The notes under the pieces were generated by a model that saw only the letters and a list, made by a program, of their open reading frames with translations, did no database searches and was not told where the DNA came from. Both the position numbers and the translations under genes were made by a program. A stretch of DNA of 64,000 nucleotides. It comes from Octopus vulgaris. Taxonomy: Eukaryota. Positions 51,746-64,000 of this stretch are shown piece after piece. How positions within the stretch are numbered: position 1 is the first letter of the stretch; each line of letters starts with the position of its first letter. The stretch spans positions 38,812,001 to 38,876,000 of the forward strand of contig OX597821.1 of assembly GCA_951406725.2 (NCBI GenBank). The letters run 5' to 3'.

Positions 51746-54049
51746 CTATATATACACATATACATACATGTTTACACATACGTACATACATACTGATATA
51801 TATATATATATATATCACATCTGAACGCATATATTGTGAGAAATGAAAAGGAAGAAACGATCTAGCTTTGAATGGTAGCAAGCCTCTGTTTTCTGACCTA
51901 CTACTGAGTTAAAGTATATTCCAAACAGAGGTTGCTGTGATTAACGGAAATTTACACTCAGGTTCTTTAATCTCGGTAGCAAGTGTTAATTAAAGATCAC
52001 TCAACTTTTCTGAAGAGTTGAAAGTAGTGTATTTCTTTTACCACGATTGGGACAATCACCTGGATCATGACCAGCTCTACTTTTATCTATCTGTATCTGA
52101 CAAAACACGTCAATTGATCTCGTACTGATCAAAATTACAATTTCAAGTAACCATATATGTTCTGTTGTGTTTTTATGCTACTTCATTTCGGTTTTAATGT
52201 TGTGTTGTTAAAACCATATGTGGTGGTGGTCGTGGTGGTGGAGTGGTACTTTTTCAAACATGATACAATAAAAACACTATCAATATTTTTTTTTCCGAAA
52301 GTAATGCTTACATTAAAAATAAAAGAAATTCTTTACTTTGTGAATGTTAAATCAAAGCTAATTGAACACTTCAGTCGTGGTTGTGTATCAGAAACTTTCA
52401 ACAGGTCAACAAAGTGCTTGCCATGGGCTCCTTTGAGAAGAAATACTTTTAAATGTTGGTAAAAATCAAAAGCAAACGACTACAAAAACGTTAACTCTTC
52501 CAAATGGAATAAAATGATTTTTTTTTTAAAAAATCAAATATATTTATACAAAAATTCAAATAATTTTGTTCCATAATAGAAAAACATGGAGATGTTATGA
52601 AGTAGTTTGTACAACAGTACACAATTTAACTAAAAAGATAAATGGTAAAGTAAAACCCCCAAAAATAAGCAAAAGTCTGTGACAAACAAATATTTTAACA
52701 AAGTAGTTTTCTAACCCTAACCTCCTTCACCACAAAAATTTTGGAAATATCAACATTAATAAAAACAGTAAAATGTTTCATAGCTCTCAAATCGGATCCT
52801 TTTTAAAGAATCAAAGAAGTTTGGAAATATTAGTACTCTAATGCAAGCCTGCAGATATAACTTGTTTCAAATCCATGTTGAAATTCTTCAATTCTATGAG
52901 TGAAAATAGAGTATGCAAGCATCTTTTTTCTCTTCTTTCCTTTTTTTCTCTCTCTCTCTCCCGCTCTCACTTTCTCACTTCTCTTATTCATTTTTTTGTT
53001 TGTCTTTTACTAAATTGTCTTCTACGTGTTGCATCCTATTTTGTTGCAGATTTTTACTAGAGACTCTACCAATAACTCAGTACCTTTACAGAATTAATGG
53101 AAAATAGTGACTTCCAAGTCAAAGTGCTATTCAAAAGATCACATGTTTATTAAAATGGAATTTGGTGTTGTTTAACCCTAGGTCAACTGTGATCCAATAA
53201 GCTTACCAACAGGCATTACAAGCTGTGATCAACCAGTTTAAATTTTTTTTTAATGATGTCTGTCTCGTTTTGGATACATATCTCCTCTCTTTTTTAAGTT
53301 TAATGTGATTTGAGAGAAATTTGGTTGCTTTTTCTACCAGCTCAAATAACTGCATAGAGACTCTCTTTTTCACTCATGGAATATAGCTTTATCAAAAAAT
53401 GGTATTTTTTACCTTTGAACAATGTAAATTCTTCTCTCAGTTCATCCAGTTTTTAGTAGAGAGCACCCTTAAATTCTTTTTTAGTCGTTGCATTAGAAAG
53501 ACAAAAAACTCATTCTGTAAAACATGAAGTCAATATACATCACTTAGTAACTAATATCAATGCAACCATTTTCCTCTGTAACATTGCCACCACAACCACC
53601 ATCTTCACCACCACTGCTCCTACCCTGCTCCCCAATCGTTGGCACCACCACTGCCACCATCATCACCATCATCATTGTGTCTGTTTTGACTAGTTGCTAT
53701 TAATTCACCAGTTTAGATCTTCAGCTAATGGTATTGCAATGTGTTTTGTAGACACATTTAATCCACAATGATTTAGTTCACATTTACTTTTGGAATAGTT
53801 CTTTGTTTTGAATGATTATGAGAGCAAGTCATGCTGGAGCACTGCCACAATGGTTATGGAATTATGTAAAAGTGTTATTTGTGATATGTTGTCATCTTAC
53901 CCAAGAAAAATTTGAAGTTTTTTTTTGTTTACCTCAAGAAGCCAGGGCTAAACATCAAATTCTAAAGAGCTTGTTGGGAGCCAAGAAAATACCTGTTATT
54001 CTAGGTGAACTGGTTTTATTCTCAATGTTTTCCTTGTTTGTCTGAGATA

Positions 54050-54339
54050 AAACATGTCTCTCCACTTTCTTTCCATAACTGTATTTTCCTTTTTACTACT
54101 TTGGGTATTTCGTTTTTGGATTTGGTTTGCAAGATTCTTTATGTGAATTCGTGTGTTGAAGCCTATTTTATTGTGTTTGGGGAGAGTCATTCTCTTTTAG
54201 TACTTTATTATTTAACACACTCACTGGTTCGGTTTCCACTCATTTAGTTATTTATTTTTTCTAAACTTTTCGTTGCATCTTGCAACCTTTTCAATAGTTG
54301 TCTTACAACCTTTTCAACAGTCAACGACTATTGAAAAGG
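54050..54339 (-). mobile_element. PLE pLTR-like fragment with U3:A8 hammerhead and short inverted 5' piece
   Basis: Minus strand cta-UUGAAAA-g-gttgc/gcaac-GAAA-agUU-tag (54261-54297); inverted gactattgaaaagg at ~54326-54339. Confidence 0.6.
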
Positions 54340-55588
54340 CACATGACAAATTTTCCTTTGTCATTCTTCAAAAAATTTGACAAAGTTTAACAGATTTTTC
54401 TAAATATTTTTTTCTTTTCAAAAATTTTATTCATCATATTAGTCAAAAGGGAATCCTCTAGATAATCATTCTTTTTCTACTAAGAAGGCTAGCCAAATCT
54501 CACTTAAATTACACTCTTCCCATTTTGGGAAAAGAAAGGGAACATCAGATGATGTCATGTAAAATGCTTCAATACAGACAGGATGGTCATGAGTAGAATG
54601 CCTTCGAATATATGTTTGCTTGATCAAGGTAAAGCTGAAAAGTTAAATAACATCAACACGTAGCTATTATAAAGGAAAGTATAATAAATATGGAAACAAA
54701 CTCAGGTTACAATTTATCCCTACCTAGTGACACCATCATCGCTAATTCAACAAGAACAGTAAAGTTATGCTTCACTGAGGAGATTTAATAAGAGCAAGTC
54801 ATATGCTAAAATAACGGTCATTCAACTAATGTTGTTGCCCATCATCACATGAGTATTTCTAATTATATTGCTGACACTCTTAATTGAATATGTCCTCGGT
54901 CCCTAACTTTATGTGCCTATCTATCTGTGTGTGTGTGTGTGAGTATATATGTATACATATACACACACACTCATGTACATACACACACACACACACACAA
55001 TGTAGGTTTTAAAAGTAGCAGTTGAACTATTTTTAATAACACAAATAGATTTATCACCCAATGGCCATCAAATTGCTGCATAAGACATTGATATCAAAAG
55101 GCTTAAGTTCTATTTATTATGTTTTCCTAAACCTTCTTACAGTTCTATCATGAAATGTTGGCATTATCATACTGTTGTCAAGCTTATATTGCTGTCATAT
55201 AGGATTACATAAGGACACTCACATATTTGTAATTTATCAAAGTGACAGACACTTCTGATAGGCAGCCAGTTTCTTAAAAATTAGTCTCGCTTCAATGTAA
55301 TTTCCTTTTTTTTTTCTCCCCCCCCCCCCGTTTCTCTCTATAGCACTTCATGTCAATTCTGTTTGGGAAGAAAAGTCGGTAATCTAAAGGAAATGGGGAT
55401 GGAATGATACTGTAGATGTAAAACAAAAGTCGACTTGATAGATTGAGGAGTTAAGAGGGCACTTATGGATAAAATCTGTTCAGTATTGCTGCTAATGGAG
55501 ATGACTGAGTTAGTATGACTGGCTTGAAAGAACAGAAGAGAGAATTACCAAACAAAACAAAGCAGATACATACACACACATATCTATG

Positions 55589-55624
<36 letters not shown>

Positions 55625-56644
55625 TGCATACATGCAATGTATACATAATCTTATATATGCATGCATGTGTATGTAAGCATGCATATATATGTTGTGCATT
55701 GCAAAGTTGAAATAAAGTAGCTGATAGGCTTGAAACGATAAAAATAACCTAAGAAATGTCTAAAACAAACAGTTATCTTCTCAGAATAAGAAGTTGCTAT
55801 GGTAACTTCATGAAATGTTCTAAGATGCTGTTAAACAGGGTGATGACATAGAGAGTATTTTGTAAAGCTAATCCAATTTACAAAGCCGAGACTAAAACAG
55901 CAATGTCTTTCTCCAAAACAACATGAGTAAAAGTATCATTTTCTTCTGTTAAATATTGAAAGCATTCTTTTCTTTTTCTTTTTCTTGCTCCACCCTCCTC
56001 CCTCCCCACAACATTCCTCCTTCATCAAAGTCTTGACGATGGATTTCCATTTACGGCAACATAAGACATGAGTTTTAACCCTGATTATTCCACCATTTTG
56101 CTTGGTATTGAAGTAATAAAGATTTCAAATATCCTTTAATCATTGAAAATCTTTAAAGGGGCCGTGGTGAGTGAGCTCCATCTTTAAGAGAATAAAAGAG
56201 ATGAGGGATAAATTCCTTCTTGTTTGGAGCACTGATCTATAAATGTTAACATTTTGTATGATCTGGTATTGATTCCTGAGATTAAGTCAATTGAGACCTA
56301 GAGATTCATGTTCAATTCCCAGATGCACAATGAAACATTTTCAGCTGATTTTAACCAAAACCTGACCAGTTACAAGAGAAATGCTATATTATTTTTACTC
56401 TATTAAATTCAATAGTGCAATAGTTGGTAAAATCTTTCCTAAATATAATTGTCTTATGCTTTATGTACAATTATTGTTTACACTTAAATCTTAATTCTTA
56501 TTTACTTAGTTTACAAAATAAAGTTTTTATACAAAGATGGTGGTGGAAACATAAGCATTAGCATTTTGGTTAAAACTCCCTTATTTTGAAGACAGATGTT
56601 TCAACTGGTCCTTTACTCTATTTATTCTACAATACTTTTCACTG

Positions 56645-57030
56645 TCATCATCGTCATTGTTTAACATCCGCTTTCCATGCTGGCATGGGTTGGACGGTTT
56701 GACTGAGGGCTGGCAAATCAGAAGGCTGCACAAAACCTCCATTCTGATCTGGTAAAGTTTCTACAGCTGGATACTCTTCCTAACGCCAACAACTCCAAGA
56801 GTGTAGTGGGTATTTTTATGTGCTACTGGACCGAGGGCCAGTCAGGTGGTACTGGCATCAGCCACACTGAAATGGTGCATTTTATGTGCCACCTGCACAG
56901 GAGCCAGTCTGGTGGCACTGGCAGTGACCATGCTTAAATGGTGCTTTTTTTTATGTGCCACTGGCACAAGAGCCAGTCAGTGTCCCTGGCAACGATTACG
57001 CTTGAATGGTGCTTATAACGTTCCACTAGC
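56645..57030 (-). mobile_element. RTE-tailed SINE
   Basis: Same family as 17710. Confidence 0.8.
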
Positions 57031-57724
57031 ACATCTTTTAAAATTAATCTTAATTAAAACAATAACCAAATTGCACTTGAAATGTCATGAAATTTTTAAA
57101 GCTAAGTTGTTGATTTCTCTGAAATAAATGACAATGTATATCATAATATTCTGGTCAATCCAGGCAGCCCCACATGACTCTAAAGTGCCTTTAGCAAAGC
57201 TGATTCTGTTGCTTGTAGCTTTGTTAGGTCTCTTCCTTGCACTAATATTGGAAATTCCAGAAAAGGTTATGGTTACTAATTTTCTTTCTCAAACTAAGCC
57301 ATAAAATACTAGGAACTGAACATTTAGCACAATTATTATTTGATAATACGATTAAGTTTCTGCCTAAATTGCAATTAATTTCAGTCCAAATTAATGGAGG
57401 ACATGGTGCATCAGTATTAAAAAACAACTGAAATTTACATGTTTAATTTGCATTTCAAATATGTCTGACATATCTATAAAATTCTAAAACATAATTGCAA
57501 TTGAAAATCAAGAATAGATGCCATTGCAAAATCTGTTGCAGAGCTGCAGAGACAATTTAAAAAACCTAAAGTTGTATATGACAAAAACCAAATTTGCAGT
57601 TAGTAATTAATGAAAAACATAAAATCTGTATGCTACCAAGCAGGAACCTGTACTCAATATGTAAGAAAGTAGAAAAAGAAGCCTTTAGTATTTTATAAGA
57701 GTATTTCTAGTAGACTGGCAGTGA

Positions 57725-58000
57725 ATCATCATCATCATCATCTAACGTCCGTTTTCCATGCTAGCATGGGTTGGACGGTTCAACTGGGGTCTGAGAAGCC
57801 AGTAGGCTGTGCCAGGCCCAGTCTGATCTGGCAGTGTTTCTACAGCTGGATGCCCTTCCTAACGCCAACCACTCTGTGAGTGTAGTGGGTGCTTTTTACG
57901 TGCCACCTGCACAGGTGCCAGATGAGGCTGGCAAACGGCCACGATCGGATGGTGCTTTTTACATGCTACCGGCACGGGGGCCAGACGAGGCTGGCAACGG
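57725..58000 (-). mobile_element. RTE-tailed SINE
   Basis: Same family as 17710. Confidence 0.8.
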
Positions 58001-58988
58001 CCTCTAATTAATATTTCAAATACAGTTGACTCACAGAAATAATTACTGGAATGGTAACCAAATATGTATTTAAGTCTATCAACTACTCCGTTTGTTTTCA
58101 AAATATTGGAGATAGTTTATATTGCTTACTTGAAATAATTAATAGTTATGCATGTGATAGTAACAAAAGTATAATGACTGGAGAAAAAAAAAATGCTAAA
58201 CTACTAAGTATGAAATATTTCACCCTCTTGGTGTAGGAAAGCCAACGAAACTGTTATGGACAAGTGGTATCATTGGGCATTGACAGATAAAATGTCATAC
58301 TCTGTTGGTGTACAGAGCATATGGCAGGGGAAGCCATATCGTTTGTAAGGAGAAATTTCAAAAGGGACAATTAGTGATGTGATACACAACTAAATGAAAC
58401 AAACAACAAAAGCATGAAAATAGATTCAAAATAATGATGATAATGTTGATGTCCCTTAAAATCATCAGTCATGACTTCAATTCATTAGAAGCCAACAGAA
58501 ATTAAGCTTTCTGCTTTTCTCAAAGCAAAATACCTGTGCCTACAGTCTTTCAGACTCTTGCATAGAAGCCATTTAGGCCTTGAACTCTCAAACAAACTTC
58601 CAGACATAGCTCAGTTGCATTAATCCCAATAATTGTATTAACCACGCTTCCAAACCAGAACCATCAATGCTTGTCAACCCAGCTACAGAAAACTGTAAAA
58701 TAAAGAAACTCAAAGGAAAACAACCTTTCCCATTCAGAATAATTACAAGAGAGAAACAGGTTGCAGTCTTGGCTGTTTATAAGCCTCAGATTAATATAGA
58801 AGTTTTGTAGTTACAAATGATTATCTGCACTCATCAAATATTTGTAGTCCACATTGACAAATTATATAGGTCATCCTCATATTAGAAATCCTACTGTTCT
58901 GAATTCAGGTCCAACAGTCTTCGGAAACAAGATTCTCAATTTAATTAAGATGAAGCTTTTGGGTTGACATTCAGTAAATCACTCTTAC

Positions 58989-59020
58989 GCATCTAATTGT
59001 CGGTGAACTTGGAGTTGAAG
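58989..59020 (-). CDS. Candidate 32-nt exon (x)STPSSPTIRC
   Basis: ctttgctttcttttctctcag| acceptor, |gtaaga donor. Confidence 0.35.
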
Positions 59021-59984
59021 CTGAGAGAAAAGAAAGCAAAGCGGATATTTATTCAGAACCTAATAGAAATTATACCCTACTTGAAAAGAGTACCATTATT
59101 TACCTATAGGTGCCGCCAACAGAAAAAAAGAAAATGAGAAAAGAAACATCTTTTCTGTTTTAAGATAAATTAGATATAATGTAAAGATGCAGTCTGACAT
59201 AAAATATCTGGTTTAACCATTTCTGCATTCTAGCAACTTGTGAAAATTGGTGTAAAAATGTAAAACAGATATGGTTATGATAATTAAGGGAATTGGAAAT
59301 ATTTAAGAGAAGTTATACTAAAATAAATGTAAAAACCTACATAATGGTTTTACATTTCGATAGCATCTATTTTATTTTACTCTCAGTGTGGTATTGTATT
59401 AGTTAGATAACAGAATTTACAAATTCTTCACTATCACTAAATCTGAATAAAAAAAAAAAGAACTAATGACAGTAATAATAATGATGACGATGATGATTTC
59501 TTTTATAGTAATAATAATAATAATAATAATGAATAAAATACATTAGAACATCCATATTAATGTTGAATAATAGATACCTTAATTAAACTGAAAATTATAG
59601 ATTTCAAATGTATTAATGAAAATTTCAACCATTTTGAGTAGTGGAAAAATGTCTGGCAGGAATGAATGTGTTTTGTCTATTAGCATTGCTGTCTTATTTG
59701 ATAACAGAGATTACTTATGTTATTTGTTTTCAGTCTTCACAAATAAAAGAATGAAGCTAAACAATGCAGCAGAGATAACTTTTTTTTTTTTTCAATTATT
59801 CAAATATCTTATCTGCAGACATAAAATGGGATAATCATCATCATCAGCAGCAGCATCAAAATAATACTAGTGTGACCATTAGCATAATAATCAACCAAAT
59901 TACCACCACAGCCACCACCACCACCACCACCACCACCACCACCACTATTACAAGCTTAAATACAACCATCAACCATCAGCAACC

Positions 59985-60016
<32 letters not shown>

Positions 60017-60679
60017 TATCATCATCATTCAATGAATATTCTTTCGTGATGGATTTAATAGATCTTTCCATAGATAGATTTCTATTTCATGCCTGCAGGT
60101 AAGACTGAGTTATTGAAATCATGGTGACTAGAAATAAAACATTACTACCTGATAATACTTCGAAGTTAAAGTTAAAAAAAAAAAAGTTTAATTTTTTTTT
60201 TTACTCAAGTCAGTCTTCTTCATACAATATTACGAATCAGTATCTGTTGTGAAGTTCAAATGAGGAAGGCAGAGTTTTCAACTCAGTTTCATGACTTAGC
60301 TTTCACTAGTCATACTTTTTCAGTTTATAATACCAGCTAGAAATACTTAAATAATTCTTAGGTTGGCTCAGGGTAACATATTTGCAAAGAAAGAATATGG
60401 TAAATTGAATCAGTCTAAGAATATGACTCCACAGGGAGTGAGTAAAGGGATGGATCTTTAATACCAGAAGGCATTCAGTCTGACACCTTAGTATTTCTGC
60501 CACACTGGTGTCCCTATTAATATCTGATTATGTTGGTCTCTGCTTTTGTCATGAAGTCACAAATTTGCACTGAGCATATAATTGTTAACTCCAGTATTTT
60601 ATTGGTGTCTAGTTTGTAGGCACCAGAAGAATGAAATACCAAGTCAACTCATACGGGGTTTGAACTCATATCTAATAAT

Positions 60680-60895
60680 AATGGTTTCAAGTTTTGGCAC
60701 AAGGCCAGCAATTTCAGGGGAAGAAGCAAGTCAATTACATTGACCCCAGTACACAACTGGTACTTATTTTATCAACCTCAAAAGGATGAAAGGCAAAGTT
60801 GGCCTTGGCAGAATTTGAACTCAGAACATAAAGATGGGTAAAATGCACAAAGCATTTTGCCTGGCTCGTTAATGATTCTGCTCGTTCGTTGCCTT
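60680..60895 (-). mobile_element. Meta-domain SINE
   Basis: aaaggatgaaaggcaaagtt..gaatttgaactcagaa. Confidence 0.75.
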
Positions 60896-61109
60896 ACTCA
60901 TATTGATTAAAACTGAAAGCACTCCAAGACAGTTGTTTATGCATGGACAAATTAATTTCTGTTTGTTATTTTTGACTGAGTTGAACTGAAATACTACTTA
61001 GTAGTATTCCTTTTTCACAAAAGTCTTGCCATCATCATCATCATAACCCCAGTTTTAATTTCCACTTTTCCATGTTTGCATGGCTCAGACAGAATTTAAT
61101 AAGACAGGT

Positions 61110-61340
61110 GGTGAGCTGACAGAAATGTTAGCATGCTGGGTGAAATGCTTTGCCGTATTTCGTCTGCCGTTACGTTCTGAGTTCAAATTCCGCCGAGGTC
61201 AACTTTGCCTTTCATCCTTTCGGGGTCGATAAATTAAGTACCAGTTACACACTGGGATTGATGTAATCAACTTAATCCGTTTGTCTTTCCTTGTTTGTCC
61301 CCCCTATGTTTAGCCCTTTGTGGGTAGTAAAGAAATAAGT
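61110..61340 (+). mobile_element. Meta-domain tRNA-SINE with 16-bp TSD, nested in an older SINE
   Basis: TSD atttaataagacaggt at 61094-61109 and 61341-61356. Confidence 0.9.
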
Positions 61341-62145
61341 ATTTAATAAGACAGGTTTCCTATGACTGGATGCCCTTCTTGTTCCCAAGCAAAGAAATAC
61401 TTTTACATTGCCAGACATGTTTGCATAGAGGACTGAAAGTGAACGGTGAGGCTTTGTTACAATTATCATATGCCATCAGGACAAAGAGTCAAACATTCAC
61501 ACTCACTCATACACATGTATGTAATGAGCTTCTTTCAGTTTCCATCCACCAAATTTACTTACAAGCCTTTGATGGCCCAAGGCACTTTCCCGAGGTACCA
61601 TGCAATCTCTTCTCAAAATCCATCAGAGATATCTGCCTACTAAACAGTCACTGTTTGATACTGAGCAGATTCCACGTGCTTCACTTTTTCACACAGTTCC
61701 TACTCTATTTATTGCAATTGTCTTTTCCCTTTTTTTGGTCCCTTTTTCTGCTTTCCTATAATTATGATATTACATATCTTCCAATTTGTTAGATTATAGT
61801 TTCTCTTTAGGTCTTGAACCAGATTTACATAAATGAAATTACTGTTGTGTGGAAATAGAACACTCCCAAGATAGAACGGATGGATTAGTCCACCAGGATA
61901 AATATGGTGGAGTAATGCCAATGGGTTGACAGTAGGTTGGCTGTGACCCGACAGCTCATGAGCAATGTGTCTACTTGGGAGTTCAAGTAGTACCAGTGAG
62001 CAGACAAGCATCTAGTACTATTTCTTAAATAGACTTAATGTATTATTTTATGTCGTATGAGAACTGTATGACACAAGACTCTCAAAAAATTTCAGAACAT
62101 GAAATAAAATCGGGTTACATTTATTTGATACAACTGCAGTCTACT

Positions 62146-64000
62146 TCAAGACAAGGCAAAAAATTTAAGATAATCATCCTTGTCTATACTTGATTTGTAT
62201 TTATTAAGGAAAGCAAGTATCACGAGGTTTGATTTTCGTTGGTGCTTCATATTTCGTCGAAAGGTTGTAATTCGAGTTAGCGTCGAAAACAATGATTCAC
62301 ATGTAGCTGTGCAAGATGCAAATGTTAATGCTTCACCATACAAAAGATAAACATTGGGAAAGGCACCCTGTACAATACGTAAAGATCCAAAAATATCAAG
62401 CAGTGTCATCATATTTTGTTTGGAAATGTATGCTTTAGCCACAGTAAGTTCAGAAAGTAAGGCCAATTTTTCGCAATTAACTAAATTGCTCAAAGGTTTT
62501 AAAGCATCAAAATCAAAAATTGTCACGGACATTGGTAGTAGACTTGCCAAAGAAGAATATATACTATCATTTTGCTCTGAAAATCTATTTTCTAGCTCTA
62601 CCAAGCTTTCGTCGATGATTGTGAAATAAATTTTGCAGTGAAAGTTATCCAATCATCTTGTGATGGTACCAGGTCTTCAACAACATAATCCGAAAAACGT
62701 CGGGACCCGCAAGCTTTTTGATGCATGCGTTCCCCAATAATATTAAATTGACTCATTTGTTTCAGAATCTCATCAAATATTAAAGAGTTTCTTACTTTGG
62801 TTATTTCACTCTTGGCAGTCTTAAGAAGCCTAAGGCCATGGTATATATCACATTTGTGACTCTGAAGCTGTTTGTCTACTGGTTTATTTATATGCAGAAA
62901 TTTGCTAAGGACAAGGGCTAGAAAAACAAACCTTGGGGAATGAACTTGATGTAAAATTCCAGTTACCTCTATACTCGTTTTTGAATCTGATAAATCTGTG
63001 CATTCAGTTAGCAAAACCAACAATTTTGGAGTGATTTTCTATTACAGAAGCAATGACAGTGAAATGACCCAACAACCTATGCTCCATAAGACGTGGCAAC
63101 TTCAATCCTTTGCAGAGACTAGCTATCTTTGGCCATTTAATAAAATTATGAAGAATATTAATGGTGTCGAAGAATGTAGCTAACTCCAGAATCCGCTTTC
63201 TTGTGTTAACCACAACAAGATGCAACTGATGATTAAGACAATGAACACAGGGTATATATTTCTCAAGTCGATTCTGAATCTTTCTTTGCACGCTGCCTAT
63301 TTTGCCAGACATCTCCGAAGCACCATCATAGCATTGTGACAACATACGCTTCGGGTCAAAGTGGGCCAATGTTTCAGCATCATAATATTGAGTAGTTGGC
63401 ATTGCAACTAATTTTTCCAGAACCCTGCCGTTTTTCAAGTACCTAATAACAATTGCAAGAATTTCAGTATTACTAAAATCATGCATTCCGTCACATTTCA
63501 ACGTAAAATAAGGAACATCAGAACATTTTATTTCATTGACCATAAGGCTGACAGTGCGTCTTCTCAACAATTCGATGATTTCGTTTTGCATTGCTGCTGA
63601 GGTATAATTCGCATTTTTTTGAATCGTGCTGTAACATTCCATTAGCTTTGAGTCTTTCTCTAATGTGTACTGGAATAATTTCATAAAAAGACCACAAGGC
63701 TGTGTGTCATCTCCCAAATAAAGATCCTGAAAAGCTTCGTTTTCGTTTCCTCGAAAAGGCAATTTGTTTGCACAAAGAAAATGAACAATATCAACAATGG
63801 AACTGATATAATAACGGTTTTTGCTCAACTGATCATTTTGCAAGATTGAAGACACGGATGTTGTTGTGGATAAACGCTGTTGGCATTCCTTCCATGTTAC
63901 CATAGCTTAGATATGGGATGTAGAGTTTGCATGCTTATTTAAACATTTGTTTTTTTTTTTCTTTTGCATGATGCCAATTAGAATATTCATTTTTAATAAA
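62146..64000 (-). mobile_element. hAT transposase pseudogene (ZMYM1/DUF4371-like plus hAT dimerisation domain), continuing beyond the window
   Basis: Three overlapping frameshifted ORFs: LPFRG, YTSAAMQNEII, TLKCDGMHD, QCYDGASEMSG, VHCLNHQLHLVV, ELENRF, CTATCESLFSTL. Confidence 0.93.

Noticed and set aside
52711-52723. Telomeric-like ctaaccctaacc
   Set aside because: Only two units; expected by chance.
60075-60105. Recursive splice site-like ..ctgcag|gtaaga on the plus strand
   Set aside because: Single motif with no evidence of a plus-strand transcript.

Overview
AT-rich, microsatellite-dense eukaryotic (animal) DNA that looks like intronic/intergenic sequence of a coleoid cephalopod. The SINE families resemble Octopus repeats, but this is from recall and not a search. 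There is no intact protein-coding gene, and most listed ORFs are translated microsatellites. Recognisable content: decayed DNA transposons (mariner DD34D, maT/Tc1-like, rosa/Tc1-like, hAT/DUF4371, Merlin, piggyBac-type MITEs, a Helitron-like 5' end); non-LTR relics (R4/Dong, RTE, CR1/L2); a Penelope-like element (PLE) relic; and many tRNA-derived SINEs. Three observations stand out. (1) There are several unrelated short asymmetric palindromic insertions, some with TSDs, that carry minimal type I hammerhead ribozyme (HHR) folds whose cores co-vary at the 3:8 pair (C:G, G:C, U:A) or carry U4C. One related insertion is a tRNA-headed SINE with an HHR tail. (2) A Merlin transposase is split into oppositely oriented halves by a ~1 kb inversion bounded by 15-bp inverted repeats. 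(3) A phase-compatible chain of five small candidate exons lies on the minus strand across ~58 kb.
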